Positions 1 to 12,996 of a stretch of 64,000 nucleotides of DNA are shown here, in pieces (positions within the stretch are counted from its first letter, which is position 1; every line of letters starts with the position of its first letter). Origin of the DNA: Prorocentrum cordatum (Eukaryota); contig CAUYUJ010000001.1 in the NCBI GenBank assembly GCA_963575745.1, positions 2,480,001 to 2,544,000 of the forward strand, in the 5' to 3' direction. The translations under genes and the position numbers were made by a program. The notes under the pieces were generated by a model. It searched no databases and was not told where the DNA came from. It was given only the letters and a program-made list of their open reading frames with translations.

Positions 1-975
1 CGCATGCTTCCGCAATTGAGCAACCATGCGGTTTTGCGATTGCCAGGCAATGGGGAGCGAGGGCAAGCATGGCGTATGATGCAACAAGAACAATGTGACA
101 TCCACACGCGTTGGGTATCATGTTTCAAACGATGTCTTGGCGACATGTGTGCCCTCCTGGGTACGCATGCTACCACGGATTCGCAACCATACGGTGTTGC
201 TATTGCCAGACGGGGGAACGCGAGAGCAAAACTTGTCTGTGAGGCCAACAACAACATATGGGCATCAACACGTAGTGGCTCGAATGTTACAATCAGCTTG
301 CTGACAACATGCCCGCTTTCCTCGGCACGCGTGCTCTCAATTGCGAACTCATGCGGTTTTCGTGATTGTCAGACGACGAGGCGCGAGGACGAATATGGTC
401 GATGATTCAAAAACACCGCAATTTGAAAGCCACATGGATTGGCTAGAATGTTACAATCGATTTCGTTTCCGCAAATCCGCCCTCTTGGGTGCACGTGCGA
501 CCGCGAATGCGAAACCATATGGTTCTGCGATTGCCGAAAGATGAGGCGCGAGAACTAAAGTTGTCTGTGAGACAAAACCAACACATTGAAATCCATGTGT
601 ATCGGTTAGAACTTTACCATCGATTTCTTGACAACATTTCCGCGCATTCCACAATTCTGAAAACATGATGATTTTCCAATGTCAGACGATGAGGCGGGAT
701 GACAAACATGGTTTCTGATGCAAGAAATCAACCATGGGACATCCACAAAGGTTGGCTAGAAATGTACCCATGATTTCTTGGCCACATTCCCGCTATCCTG
801 GGTGCGCATGCTTCCGCACACGCGGACACATACGGTTGCGTCGTTGCCAGAGGATGAGGTAAGATGACAACATATGTATACAATGCAACATATATGAACA
901 CCACACGTGTTGGTTATGATTTTACCAAAAGCTTCTTGGCCACATTTCCGCTCTCTGAAAGCGCGCGTGTGCCTC
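1..975. repeat. Degenerate ~160-bp tandem repeat, about 6 units
   Basis: Anchor CGCATGCTTCC-like words recur at ~1, 164, 327, 492, 641, 805 and 961. Most are followed by GATTGCCAGA..GATGAGGCGCGAG-like and TTGGCTAGAATGTTAC-like blocks. Confidence 0.7.
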
Positions 976-1884
976 TGCGCCTTTCGCGGCAAACGCTTGT
1001 AGTTCTCTATTTCCAAACGAAGCAGGCTTTTCAGGCAGATGTTGTGCGGTTCGAAAAAAACGATGTAGATTTACGGCATGGGTGTAAAGAAACTAAAAAC
1101 GCCTAGTCCTGCCACCAAATTGTAGCGTGAGGATCTTTATTGGATCTCAATTTGGTTCAAATAGCTCCGTGTGAATACCACAAGGATAGCAATAGGACGC
1201 CAATCGTGGCACAATCTGACTCAGAAGGGACACATTTTTCTTGAGTTTCAGTTGGTTCCCGGTGGGATGCCAGTAGTCTGCCCGTATGGATCGACAAAGA
1301 AAGATTCCGATTGGATTACAATGCGATCTCCTTCGTATTCGCACATGTGGTTCTGATGGGATTCCAAGAAAGATGATCCCTACCATTTTCGAATGTACCC
1401 AGAAGAATACCCACCGTGTTTCCATTTATTGCCTCCCAGTGCGTTTCCGGCAGTATTCCACAGGAAAGCTTCTCGATTGTAACCCAATGGGGTTTCCAAT
1501 CGGTTTCCATTAGAAAGGGCCCGAACGTGTTTCAATAGAACGCATCCCTATCGGATCCCAACAGGACGCCCGCAGGCCCCATATCGAGGAATCTTGTTGG
1601 ATACCAGTGGGATTAATCTGGTGCCAACCGCACCAGGATTCCAATCGGATTCCTGCTGGATCCCATTCGGAAGCCACTTCACATATTCTCGCTTCAGGCG
1701 GGTCACTTTACAACCAACACGCTTCAGAGAGCGAAGTGTCTCCCTTACGTGGACCCACGGAGATTTCGGACAATGAAGAACATGTGTCGCTTAGCGTTTA
1801 CTCGCCTGGTTGTAAAGTGGTCTTCGTGGTTGTAAAGTGCCCTTCTGGCCGCTCTGGTTGCAATGTGACCCCCCCGCCCCACCC

Positions 1885-2570
1885 CCGCCGCGTTGCCACG
1901 TGATGAGTAAAAAGCGAACAATGTTTTGTTCACCCCCGCCCTGAGTTGTCACAAAACTCCTGAGTTGTCACGTGGCAAGTAAACTCGAATTGTATGTTGT
2001 CCGCATCCCCCTGCATTGCCACGTGAGAAACCAAGTATGATAGTATGCTCTCAGCCCCTTTGCTTTGTCACGTGATGTATGGCGTCTGCTTGTCCTCTAC
2101 GCTGCCATGTGGAGACTGGCGTGGAATGTTTGTTCGCCCCCCCCTGCGTAACCATGTGACAAATAAACCACAGACAAACGTTGCCATGTTGCGAGCAATG
2201 TACAATCCTATTTTGTCAGGCCCCCCCCCCTGCATTGCCGCGTGACAAACCAAATCGACCAATATGTTCTCAATCCATTTGCGTTGTCACGTGACGTGTA
2301 GCGTAGATTTGCATTTGCTTTGCCACTCCACGCTGCCACGCGGCGACTAGAATGGAATATGTATTTCGCCCCCTGGCGTTGCCGCGTGACGAAAAACTTG
2401 TACCGGTATTTGCTTAGCCCCTCTGCGTTGCCGCGCGGCGGGCACGGTGGAGTAGAATGTGTGCTGCCCGCTGGCTTTGCCGCGTGACGGACAAACAAAT
2501 ATGAAACAGTATGCTTTCCGCTCCTGCGTTGCCACGTGACGTGTAGCATAGATTTGCACTCGTTTTTCTC
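1885..2570 (+). repeat. Degenerate ~50-bp tandem repeat built on GCGTTGCCACGTGAC
   Basis: More than 10 recurrences of (G)TTG(C/T)CACGTGA. The reverse-complement family occurs at 20640-21010, 21470-21900 and 16420-16495. Confidence 0.75.
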
Positions 2571-2609
2571 CGTTGCGCTGCATCGGAAAAATCGCAAACG
2601 GGCCACATT

Positions 2610-2872
2610 GACCGACAAAGCAACCAACCGACCGCCCAACCAACCAACAAATCAACACACCGACAAACCAACCGACCAACTAACCAACCGACCAACCAAT
2701 CCGCCGGCGGATCAACCAACCAACCAACCAACCGATCAACCGACCAACAACACAACCAACAAACCAACAACCCAACGGGCCAACCAGACAACCGGCCAAC
2801 TATCCAACCTATCAACCAACCAATCGGGCAAGCAGCCAACCAACCCGCCAACCGAACAACCAGGCAGCCAAC
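2610..2872 (+). repeat. (CCAA)n-type degenerate microsatellite
   Basis: Direct reading: caaccaaccgaccgcccaaccaaccaac... Confidence 0.9.
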
Positions 2873-3078
2873 ATTTTCTGAGGATGTCTCACACGACGGG
2901 CAAGCCAGAATAAATATGTTCAGCCCTGTAAGAAAATAAGCCCTGACAAACAAATTGGTGTAACCATTCTCCCCTGAAGGACCACTCGAGGCCTGAAGAG
3001 CGCCCAAGAGATCCCCAATGCCCCCCAAGCTAGCCGCCAGAAGCCGCCGAGATGCGCGCGGAGGCCCAAACGATCCGC

Positions 3079-3860
3079 CGACCCCTAGGGGTTCATCGCC
3101 ATGTGAAATGCTTCCCCCTCCCAAAACCACTCCCCCAGGAGCACAGTCTGGTCTATTTGGAGGGGGGTCCCCAGGGGAGGGGTGGAACGCGTCACGGGGG
3201 GACAGAGGGCCCCAAAACAGACCAAGAGGGCACAAAGAGGCCCTCTGGAAGGTCTAAGAGGGCCACGAGCCGCCGAAAGATCGATCTAAAACGCCCACGC
3301 TGGCCTCCAGACGGCCAAAGAGGCCCATCTGACTCCCCAAGAAGCTCTCAAGAGGCGTCCCAGAACGGTGCCAAATATCCAACATCGTCACATTCCCATG
3401 GGAAAACATGCATTTTTAGCACAATCGCTTCTTGTGTTCACAACGCCCAAGACAGACCAAGACGCCTCCTGGATCGCCCAACGACGGCCCAAGAGGCCAA
3501 GAGGGCTGTCAGACGACCAAAGAGGGCCCCAACACCGCTCAAAAAGCCCCCAAGACGGCCCTAGGGGGCTCCAGGACAGCCCCAACATGGAGTCCAGGGG
3601 GGGAATCCAGACGGACATTTCGAGTCTTCGACCCAAAACCGCCGCCCGGTTGCCCCAAGAAGCCCCCAACAGGCTCCAAGGGAGCTCCGAGAGGCCCCCA
3701 AGAGGCTCCCAAGAGACCCCCAGGAGGCCCCCAAGAGGTGGTTCAAGAATTGCTTCCCAAACGCCCCTGAGACGCCTCCCACGAGGCCCCGTCTGCCATG
3801 GGCGTGGCCTCACACTCGCAGCCCAGGCACGGTGGCGGGATGTCCTGAAAGCCAACATAT
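3079..3860 (+). mobile_element. Dispersed GGCCCCAAGA-rich repeat, copy 1
   Basis: Head GACCCCTAGGGGTTCATCGCCATGTGAAATGCTTCCCCCTC...TTTGGAGGGGG is shared with 4050 and 43161. The body consists of degenerate GGCCCCAAGA units. Confidence 0.7.
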
Positions 3861-4049
3861 GCCCGCCGTTAGTACACGAGGGTTCTCGTCTCGCCCGTTC
3901 CCCTATGGGTGTGCGGCGAACCCTGGAAATGTCAGCCGCAGAAAACACTACTGCTGGTGCGGGCTGTGCCGCGATTGCCGTGTGCCCCGGAGGAATCTTT
4001 GGCGAGCACGCGGTAGATTGTCCAAGAGGGCCCCGACGCAAAATCCCCT

Positions 4050-4795
4050 GACCCCTTGGGGTGCCATCAGCGTGTGAGATGCTTACCCCTCCCCCGACCC
4101 CTCCCCCCGGACCCTGGTCCAGTCGATTTGGAGGGAGGGGGGTCCGCCCGGATCCCCCCGGCCCGACCCGAACGCATCATGGGAGGATAGAGGGCCCCAC
4201 AACGAGCCCAGAGGGCCCCAAGAGGCCCCCAAGACGGTCCAAGAGGGCCCCCATTCGCCGAAGGATCCTCCAGGACGGCCAGGATGGCCTCCAGACGGCC
4301 CAAGACGCCTCCAAGAGCCCTCCCAACAAGGCGCCAAGAAGCAAGATTCATTGATTTGCAATACGATTTTTACAGGTCTTATAGCGTTCTCGCCTTTTCG
4401 GCTTCCCTGCGCTAAACGACTGCCCAAAGGCTCCCAAGATTCCCCCAGACGGACCCAGAGGCCTCCAAGAGGGCCCCTAAACAGGCAAAGAGGGCCCCCA
4501 CACGGCCCCAAAGACGGCCTCAGAGGCCTCCAACATGGCCCAAAAGAGCCCCTAGAACACCGCAAGAAAGACCCCGAAGAGGAACTCGAGCCCGCACCGA
4601 GCCCGCATTTCGAGCCCTCGGCAACCCAAGGCTCCTAAGAAGCCTCCACGAAGCTCCAAGAGGCCCCCCATCGGCCCCCCTAAAGCGTCCAAAAAGGCAC
4701 CAAGAGGCCCCGACAAGGCGCCCAAGATGCCCTCAGGAGCAACACGCCACAACCGCCAGTTCCCCAAGGGGTCGCCGTTGCGGCGTAAACCCAAG
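4050..4795 (+). mobile_element. Dispersed GGCCCCAAGA-rich repeat, copy 2, with 12-bp inverted ends
   Basis: GACCCCTTGGGG (4050-4061) is the reverse complement of CCCCAAGGGGTC (4762-4773). Same head as 3079 and 43161. Confidence 0.7.
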
Positions 4796-4897
4796 ACTTT
4801 AACCTTCAAGAAGCAACGTTTCAATATTTGCTGCCTGCCAAGCTCTTCGGTCTTAAGCTACTTCAGTAGAAAACAGAAATCCATTTCTCATAGTAAT

Positions 4898-5018
4898 CAC
4901 CCAGACACGCGAAGCCGCTTAGTAAACGCACCCGAAGGAAGAACCAGTCAAACAGGGCAAGGTTTTTTCAGTAAACGCTCAGGGCCGGTAAGTAAACGCC
5001 AATAATCGGGTCTGGGTG
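4898..5018. mobile_element. Putative MITE (CACCCAGAC...GTCTGGGTG)
   Basis: Inverted ends AATCACCCAGACACG / CGGGTCTGGGTGGTT and three internal AGTAAACGC copies. No clean TSD. Confidence 0.45.
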
Positions 5019-5422
5019 GTTTTCCCTCCCTTGATTCAGAAAACTTCGGGGGGGCCAAAACGGCCCCGAATGGCCCCAAGCAGAGAACCCGCGACGGCAC
5101 CGAGGCGGCGCAAGACTGCAACCCCCTCAAGGCAGACACTCGGGGATCTGCACGTCTTCGTTTTTCACCTGCGCCAGTGCGTGGACTTCAACTTGCCAGA
5201 TGCGGTGCGTTTGATGTAGTCTGCACGTCGGCCCAATCATATAAACGGTCTGTTGGACCACAAAGCGTGCACGCACAATGCCTATTCCTGCTAGCCTCGC
5301 TCTTGCTCCTCTTGCTCCTCCACACCCCTCCCTTCTGGGACATACCACGGGCCAGGTGTCGAGCGATCATGGAGCCTCCTCGATGCAGCGCCGGCACGGT
5401 GGCGGCGCTTGCCGCAGGCTGC

Positions 5423-5542
5423 TGGATATTTCAGCGCGAGCCTCTTGTAGGCCCTGGCCAGCTCTGCGTCGGTCGTGCCCTTATCCACGCCGAGAACACG
5501 GTAGTGGTCCTTCGCCCGTAGGTCGGCAGGGCATGGTGCCAT
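5423..5542 (-). pseudogene. N-terminal J-domain (DnaJ/Hsp40) exon or fragment
   Basis: Translates MAPCPADLRAKDHYRVLGVDKGTTDAELARAYKRLALKYP, matching J-domain helices I-II (DYYxVLGV...EIKKAYRKLALKYHPD). Similarity stops where HPD is expected. Confidence 0.75.
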
Positions 5543-5665
5543 TGCTTGGGAGGTCACGAAGGCAGTGCCCCTTCTCTGCCCTGCCAGTCCTGGTGCTGCT
5601 GCTGGTCCTTCTCCTCGTCCCCCTTCCATCTCCTCCTCCTACCTCTCCTCTTCCTTGCGAGCTGT

Positions 5666-5687
5666 GCTGTAGCCATTTTGGCCCTCG
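5666..5687 (+). other. Relict dinoflagellate spliced leader
   Basis: GCTGTAGCCATTTTGGCCCTCG vs DCCGTAGCCATTTTGGCTCAAG: 14-nt perfect core, 18/22 overall. Confidence 0.65.
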
Positions 5688-7489
5688 GCCTTGCCTCCGT
5701 CAAGCACCGTCCTCGAGGTAATCTTATCTCGAATTCCATTGCTGCCGCTCGGGGCCAGTGAGGGCGCGATGGTGACGCACGTCGCTATTCTCGACGTGGG
5801 CGGAGCGGTGTTGGAGGTGCACTCCCTGGAGCTGGGGAAAGAAGCCATTGGAAACCTGTTCTCATGGAAGAAGGAGCGGCAGGAACCATTGCAATTTCAC
5901 AAGTGACTTTGAACCCGTCGACACGGTGGACGCGAAGTACACTGGGCGGAAGAAGAGCGTGGTGTCAAAGTTTTTGTTGGCAAGGGATGCCCGGGCGCCT
6001 TTGAGCACCCTGTCGAATATCCCGCACCGCCCGCCTGAAGAAACCGTAGTCCACGAACACTGGGAAGTGGGTGAGTGTGTTCACCGTGGTAGCCAGCTAG
6101 CCACGCCGAGAGGTTGGAGGACTCAATAAGCATGTCAGGCAACGAGACGAACGACCAGAGAGGACAATTAGCAGGACGATGTTGGCGTTGCGAAGCTCGA
6201 TAATTGCGCAAAATCGGAGAGCCACCTGGAGAAGGCCAGTCCAGGACGTGAGCTAGCAGCAGGCAGTGCAGGTAGGCGATGATGCCCTGTTCATGGATGG
6301 GGCGCCAGAAATACCATCGACGACGGGAGCCATCGAGTTAGTGCAAGCCCACAGAACAGCACGACGACGCCGACGGGACAGCCACCGACAGCTTGAACGG
6401 TGAGGCCAAAGCTCACGCGGCGCCGCGGGCCTACGAGGCCTTGAACGGGGTCGCCAACGTATGCCGCGGCGGCCTTCTCCACAACATGACCAGACACGGC
6501 TGGAGTGTGGGCGTGGACCAGCACGGGGCCAAGTTTGATTAAAACGTTGGCACCCAACAGCGGCAGCAAGTGATCCGCGAGATGGAGGAACACCTGGCTG
6601 CATGCTGTCAGGCGCCAAATGACGTCCCCTAAAGAAGGCGGACACAATTTCAGGGGACACCTCAGCCAGACGAAGGCCCCGCTCTAAGGGATGTTTCAGG
6701 AGTTCACGGTCCTTCGCCCTGATATCCGACCCAAGACTCATTTTTCATCGTTTGCCAACCCCCAAATCAGTGTACTCCTTCACCTCCTGAGGTCTTTCTC
6801 ACGTCCAGCGAACGCATATCCCCCGGGATCTGTCCTGGGACTAGTGTTTACCAAAACTTCAAAGAACATCCAACCGTGACGGCTACAGGCCTCCGAGATT
6901 CGGCGGCGAGCGACGGGCGGAAGTGAGAAGGGGCGGGCCTTCTCAGAAAGCTCGGAAATTCCCCGGCCTTCTGAAACGTGTTCTAAGACCCCCCTGAAAG
7001 CGCAGAAAACTTCTCAGAGGGCGCGAGGGCTCCTGAAAAGTCCCGACGCCTTCTGAACAGGCCTTCTCCTTCTCATTCGCCCCCCCGTCGCTCGCCGCCG
7101 AGAGATGCCCTCCCGAAACGGCCCGAAATGCTTCAAACCTTGTGGGAGGTGCACCTCTCGGCAGCGCTGGACGATCCGAGCAGTGCCCTGCTGCGTCTCG
7201 AGTCCGATTCGCTCGCCGTGCCTTCCAGCGCGCGCGCAGGGGCGTCCGAATGATGTCGCTGTGCGGCGCGGAAGGCCCGTTTGGCCGAATCGCCCGCCCT
7301 CTGGGCGCAGGTGGTCCAGAACGGTTTCTCTTCCAGCCCCTCCCTGTTCGATCTCGGGGAAGTCTCGGCTCAGATTCGCTCGCCGTGCCATTTCCTGGGA
7401 GCTCGCGGTGGACTCCCGAAGAGGGAAAGCAACAGACATAAAGATAACAAGACTCCGAGCCACAAATAATATAATGTTGGCCAGCGTGG

Positions 7490-7760
7490 ACCCCAAACAA
7501 TGTGTTTCAAGCAACATGCGTGGTACCATCAAGGTGGGACAATTTATGTGATGGAATGTATGTGGTGCAATATGTGCGGGGTTCAATCTACGTGGAGCCA
7601 CTTGGGTTGTGCAGTAAATACTGTGCAGCCGACGATGTTCGAAGTTTGTTGTACATTCTACGTGGTGCAAAACATGCGGAGCAATCTGTGTGATGCCAAC
7701 ACGTGGAGCAATTATGTGAAGTGGAATACGTGCGGTACAACCTACGTGTGCAAGTCACCC
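7490..7760 (+). repeat. Degenerate ~15-bp minisatellite (ATGTGGTGCAA-like)
   Basis: Recurrent TGTGGTGCAA / ACGTGGAGCAA words. Confidence 0.6.
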
Positions 7761-9735
7761 TGCCGAACTTGAAGCTGCGAGCTCCAATTCTCGCACAAAC
7801 ATCCCAGCCACCCACCCACAACTCGGTTTGCAATACCCACGCGGCGGCGATTGCGATGAGTGCATGGCGTTGGCTGGTGCATCTCTGCGGCCGCGCTAGC
7901 TCGCGCATGCTCGCGCGCACGGCGACCATCGAGTGCGGCGCGACCGACCTGGCCGCGGTGGCGCTGACCGCTGGGCACTCCCAGCGGGCACTTCAGTGCG
8001 AGCCGGTGACGTGGGCGGGCGGGGTATCATGGCGACGCCGACAACGGTAGACACGATGATGAGAGCAGCGATGATGATGGCGACAGTGGCGATGACGACG
8101 GCAAGGCCAATGTCGGCGCCGACGTGGATCACGGCCGCCGGTAGAGATGACGATGCCCTCGCGTCGGCGATGAAGGTCTTGGAAGGAATTCGACATGCGC
8201 GCGTGCGGTCGACGCGCGCGAGTGGCCCGCGTGGCATTATTTGACACAGATTGTGCCCCCCGGCACACGCGTTCGAATGAGTTCGACATGCGGCGCGGGA
8301 GGCCTGTTTGGCAGAACTCGATGAGCATGTTGAAAACCATATGGTTTTCTGAAGAATCCGCGAGAACGCGAGCGCATGTTTTGCTTTGAAAACTGATGTT
8401 GCAAAATCATGTGGCTTGATATGTGTTCGGGACACTCGCTTTTGACATCCTTGGGGGGCCTAGGGTTTTTGAAAGATTCCCGCATGCCCGCGCGACGACG
8501 CGCGCGCATGCACTCCGTCCTGTTTTTGTATACCGGATTTTTGTGGCAACGCGCGCACAAAGGCGATCGAACGATTTTGACATGCGCACGCCAAAGGCCC
8601 GTTTGATACCATAGTATGATCATGGTGAAGAAAAGAAGCTTTCCATAATAATTCGCAAGAGAGCGCGGGCGCAAGTTTGTTGTCGAAAAACATTGTTGCG
8701 AAAAAGTGTGTGTTTCAAAATTTTCAGAGCACTCGATGTTGAAACCATTTCGAAACCCGGGGTTCTTGAAAGATTTCGGCATGCGCGCGCGACGACGCGC
8801 CCGTGTGCATTTCGTCACGCAAGGGATGATTGAAAACTGGTTATGTCTGATAAGCGTATGCGCGCGCATGGTATCTATTGCAAATGATGCTGGGGGGGGG
8901 GGGGGGGGGGCGAACTCCGGCCTGGCTGGGAAGGTATGAGTTCACACGTAGAACGGACGATAGGGCAGAATCGTGCATAAATTGCTATAAGAAAAATATA
9001 CTGTTGACCCTCGAGGGGGGGAAATCGATCCTCATACTCTATAAGGAAGGAGAATCCAACGGCGGCGACGGGCGGCGACGAGCCAGCGACGGGGTGGCGA
9101 CGGCGACAACATAGCCGCCAGACCGCCAAACCAGCCCAGACGACGGGCGGCGACGAGGCCGCGACGTTGCGGCGACGGCGATTGCATAGCCGCCAGACCG
9201 CCACACCGGCCCGAACGACTGGTGGCAACGAGGCGGTGACGGGGCAATGACGGTGACAACATGGCCGCCAGACCGCCACGCCGGACCAGCTCCTCAGAAC
9301 TTAAGTAAGAAAACCTAAATGCAAGCTCTTCTTTAGGAGCGTGACCAAGAGGCCCTCAGGAGGCCCCAAGAAGGCCCCAAGGGGCCTTCTCGTCCTCTTC
9401 TCCTCCTCTTCCTTCTCGTCCCTTTTCTCCTCCCTTTCCTCTACGTCCTCTTCCTCCACATCCTCCTTCTCCTCCTCCTCCTCCTTCTGCTCCTCCTCCT
9501 CCTCCTCCTCCTCTTCCTACCAAAAGTTCCCCCTCACGGGTTTCCACGCAAGCTGGGTGAACACATCATCCAAGTCACCCGTGAGCCTTTTGATTTAACA
9601 CTCTTGTTTCTCTCGCCGGTGAATAGAAAATACCCCCTCCTGTTCCTCATGATCCTCCCCTTCCCCCTCTTCTTCCTCCTCGCCCTTCTCCTCCCCCTTC
9701 TCTTCCTCCTGCTCTTCCTAATCGTGTTATGATGA

Positions 9736-11256
<1,521 letters not shown>

Positions 11257-12045
11257 TATGGAAAAAAATATCCTGGCGAAGGACCCAACCATATGCAGTT
11301 GTGAGTATCGCAATTGGGAGTATCTTCTTCGGTGGCGCTCCCTATGGGGCCACGAACCGCATGAGGGGTGTGCCGAAATGTGGCGGGGTACACAACGCAA
11401 AGGATTACGATTGATCTGATTACGAGAGAAAAAACGCGGGTGAGTCAGAGCGCGAGGGAATATGAGTATGAATGGGTCTGCGCGCGAGTGAATATATTTG
11501 CATGAATGCGATCATGGAACCGCCTAGTGTAAGTGTCAAGCATGCCTGTCCGAACACACGTGACACTCGGCGTGGCCGCCGCAGGCAGCTTCCGCGGGAA
11601 CCCCGACGGCAGCGTCCGCACGTCGCGACGCCCATGTCGGCACGCCTCTTGCGAGGATCGCGCCCGCTTTCGGCTCTTCTTTTCCTTCCTCTTTGCCCGC
11701 GCACTCCAAAATCCAAGGCTGCGGGCGCAGCGCAGCGCGGAGTCCCCGCGACGCGCGCTGGTCGCCCCGGGCGGGGTCCCAGCGACGCGCGCGGGTCGTC
11801 CGCTGCGCGAAGCAGAGAGAGCTGACTAGCTAACTGGCTGGCTGATAGCGGGCCAGTCTCTGACCGCTGGGCAGAGCGACGACGGGCGAACGAGGCGCCG
11901 GGCCCCCCGCAGCACGGAGTTCCCGCGACGCGCGCTGGTCGCCCCGAGAGGGTCCCAGCGACGCGCGCGGGTGTCCGCGGCGCGAGGCCAAACAATTAGT
12001 CGGGCAGTCGAGAGAAGGCGCGGCTCGGGGGAGACGCTCCTCAGG

Positions 12046-12525
12046 TCAGGCCTCGCGGATGAACTCGGTGAAGCCGAGCTCCCTGGCGAGGGCCGTCGCT
12101 TCCCTCCTGCACCGCTTCGTGCGCGCCGCAAACTGCTCCAGCTGCTTCCGCAAGCCCTGCGGCGGCCCTGCCAGGAAGAACTCGATGCGCGGCGCCCGCA
12201 TGAGCAGGAGGTCCTCGTGGCGCGTGGCGCGCGAGAGCAGCACGTAGAGCTCCAGCCACCAGTCGTCGTCCTCCTTCTTGCCGTTCCCTACCTCGTGGCG
12301 GCCGCAATCCAGGATCACGCCTGGGCGACGTCGACCGAGGGAGCAGCGCGCCGGGCAGCCGACGGCCCAGGGCGAGAGTCCACAGGACCGAGAGATGGTC
12401 TGGCCGCGGACTGCTCGCGCCCCGGAGGTCTGGCCGCCCCCGGAGCGCCGTTCCCCCGCCCCGTCGCCTTCGCGCATGGTGCGCCCCTGGCACGCCACCG
12501 TGGTGATGACCCTGCCGTGCGAGAA
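12046..12525 (-). pseudogene. C-terminal fragment of a Pif1-family (Helitron-like) SF1 helicase, two exons
   Basis: After removing 12321-12467 it reads HGRVITTVACQGRTMREGVILDCGRHEVGNGKKEDDDWWLELYVLLSRATRHEDLLLMRAP...REA*. This matches Pif1 motif V (T.H.SQG.T...VI.D) and motif VI (LYV.LSRAT..E.L). Confidence 0.8.
12321..12467 (-). other. 147-bp GC-AG intron with inverted ends (introner-like)
   Basis: GAAG|GCGACG...CGTCGCCCAG|GCGTG. Removal restores normal helicase motif spacing. GGCGACG/CGTCGCC form an inverted repeat and AGGCG is present at both junctions. Confidence 0.7.
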
Positions 12526-12540
12526 ATGCGGGGGGTGTGC

Positions 12541-12996
12541 CGAAATGGGTGGGGGTGACGCATGCGGGCGGCGGCACTGAGGCCTTCGGTGGAGCTCCCT
12601 ATGGAGCCACGAAACGTGTGAGGGGTGTGCCGAAATGGGTGTGGGTGACGCATGCGGCCGCGGGCACTGGGGCCTTCGGTGGAGCTCCCTATGGAGCCAC
12701 GAAACGTGTGAGGGGTGTGCCGAAATGGGTGTGGGGGACGCATGCGGCCGCGGGCACTGGGGCCTTCGGTGGAGCTCCCTATGGAGCCACGAAACGTGTG
12801 AGGGGTGTGCCGAAATGGGTGTGGGGGACGCATGCGGCCGCGGGCACTGGGGCCTTCGGTGGAGCTCCCTATGGAGCCACGAAACGTGTGAGGGGTGTGC
12901 CGAAATGGGTGTGGGGGACGCATGCGGCCGCGGGCACTGGGGCCTTCGGTGGAGCTCCCTATGGAGCCACGAAGCGTGTGAGGGGTGTGCCGAAAT
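12541..12996. repeat. 90-bp tandem repeat, 5 near-identical units
   Basis: CGAAATGGGT starts at 12541, 12631, 12721, 12811 and 12901. Confidence 0.97.

Noticed and set aside
7354..7419. TCGGGGAAGTC...GACTCCCGA as another TCGGG-MITE
   Set aside because: The flanks CGATC/AGAGG do not form a TSD.
11521..11530. Helitron 3' CTAG terminus
   Set aside because: CTAG is present downstream of the helicase, but no convincing subterminal hairpin or A/T insertion site could be established.
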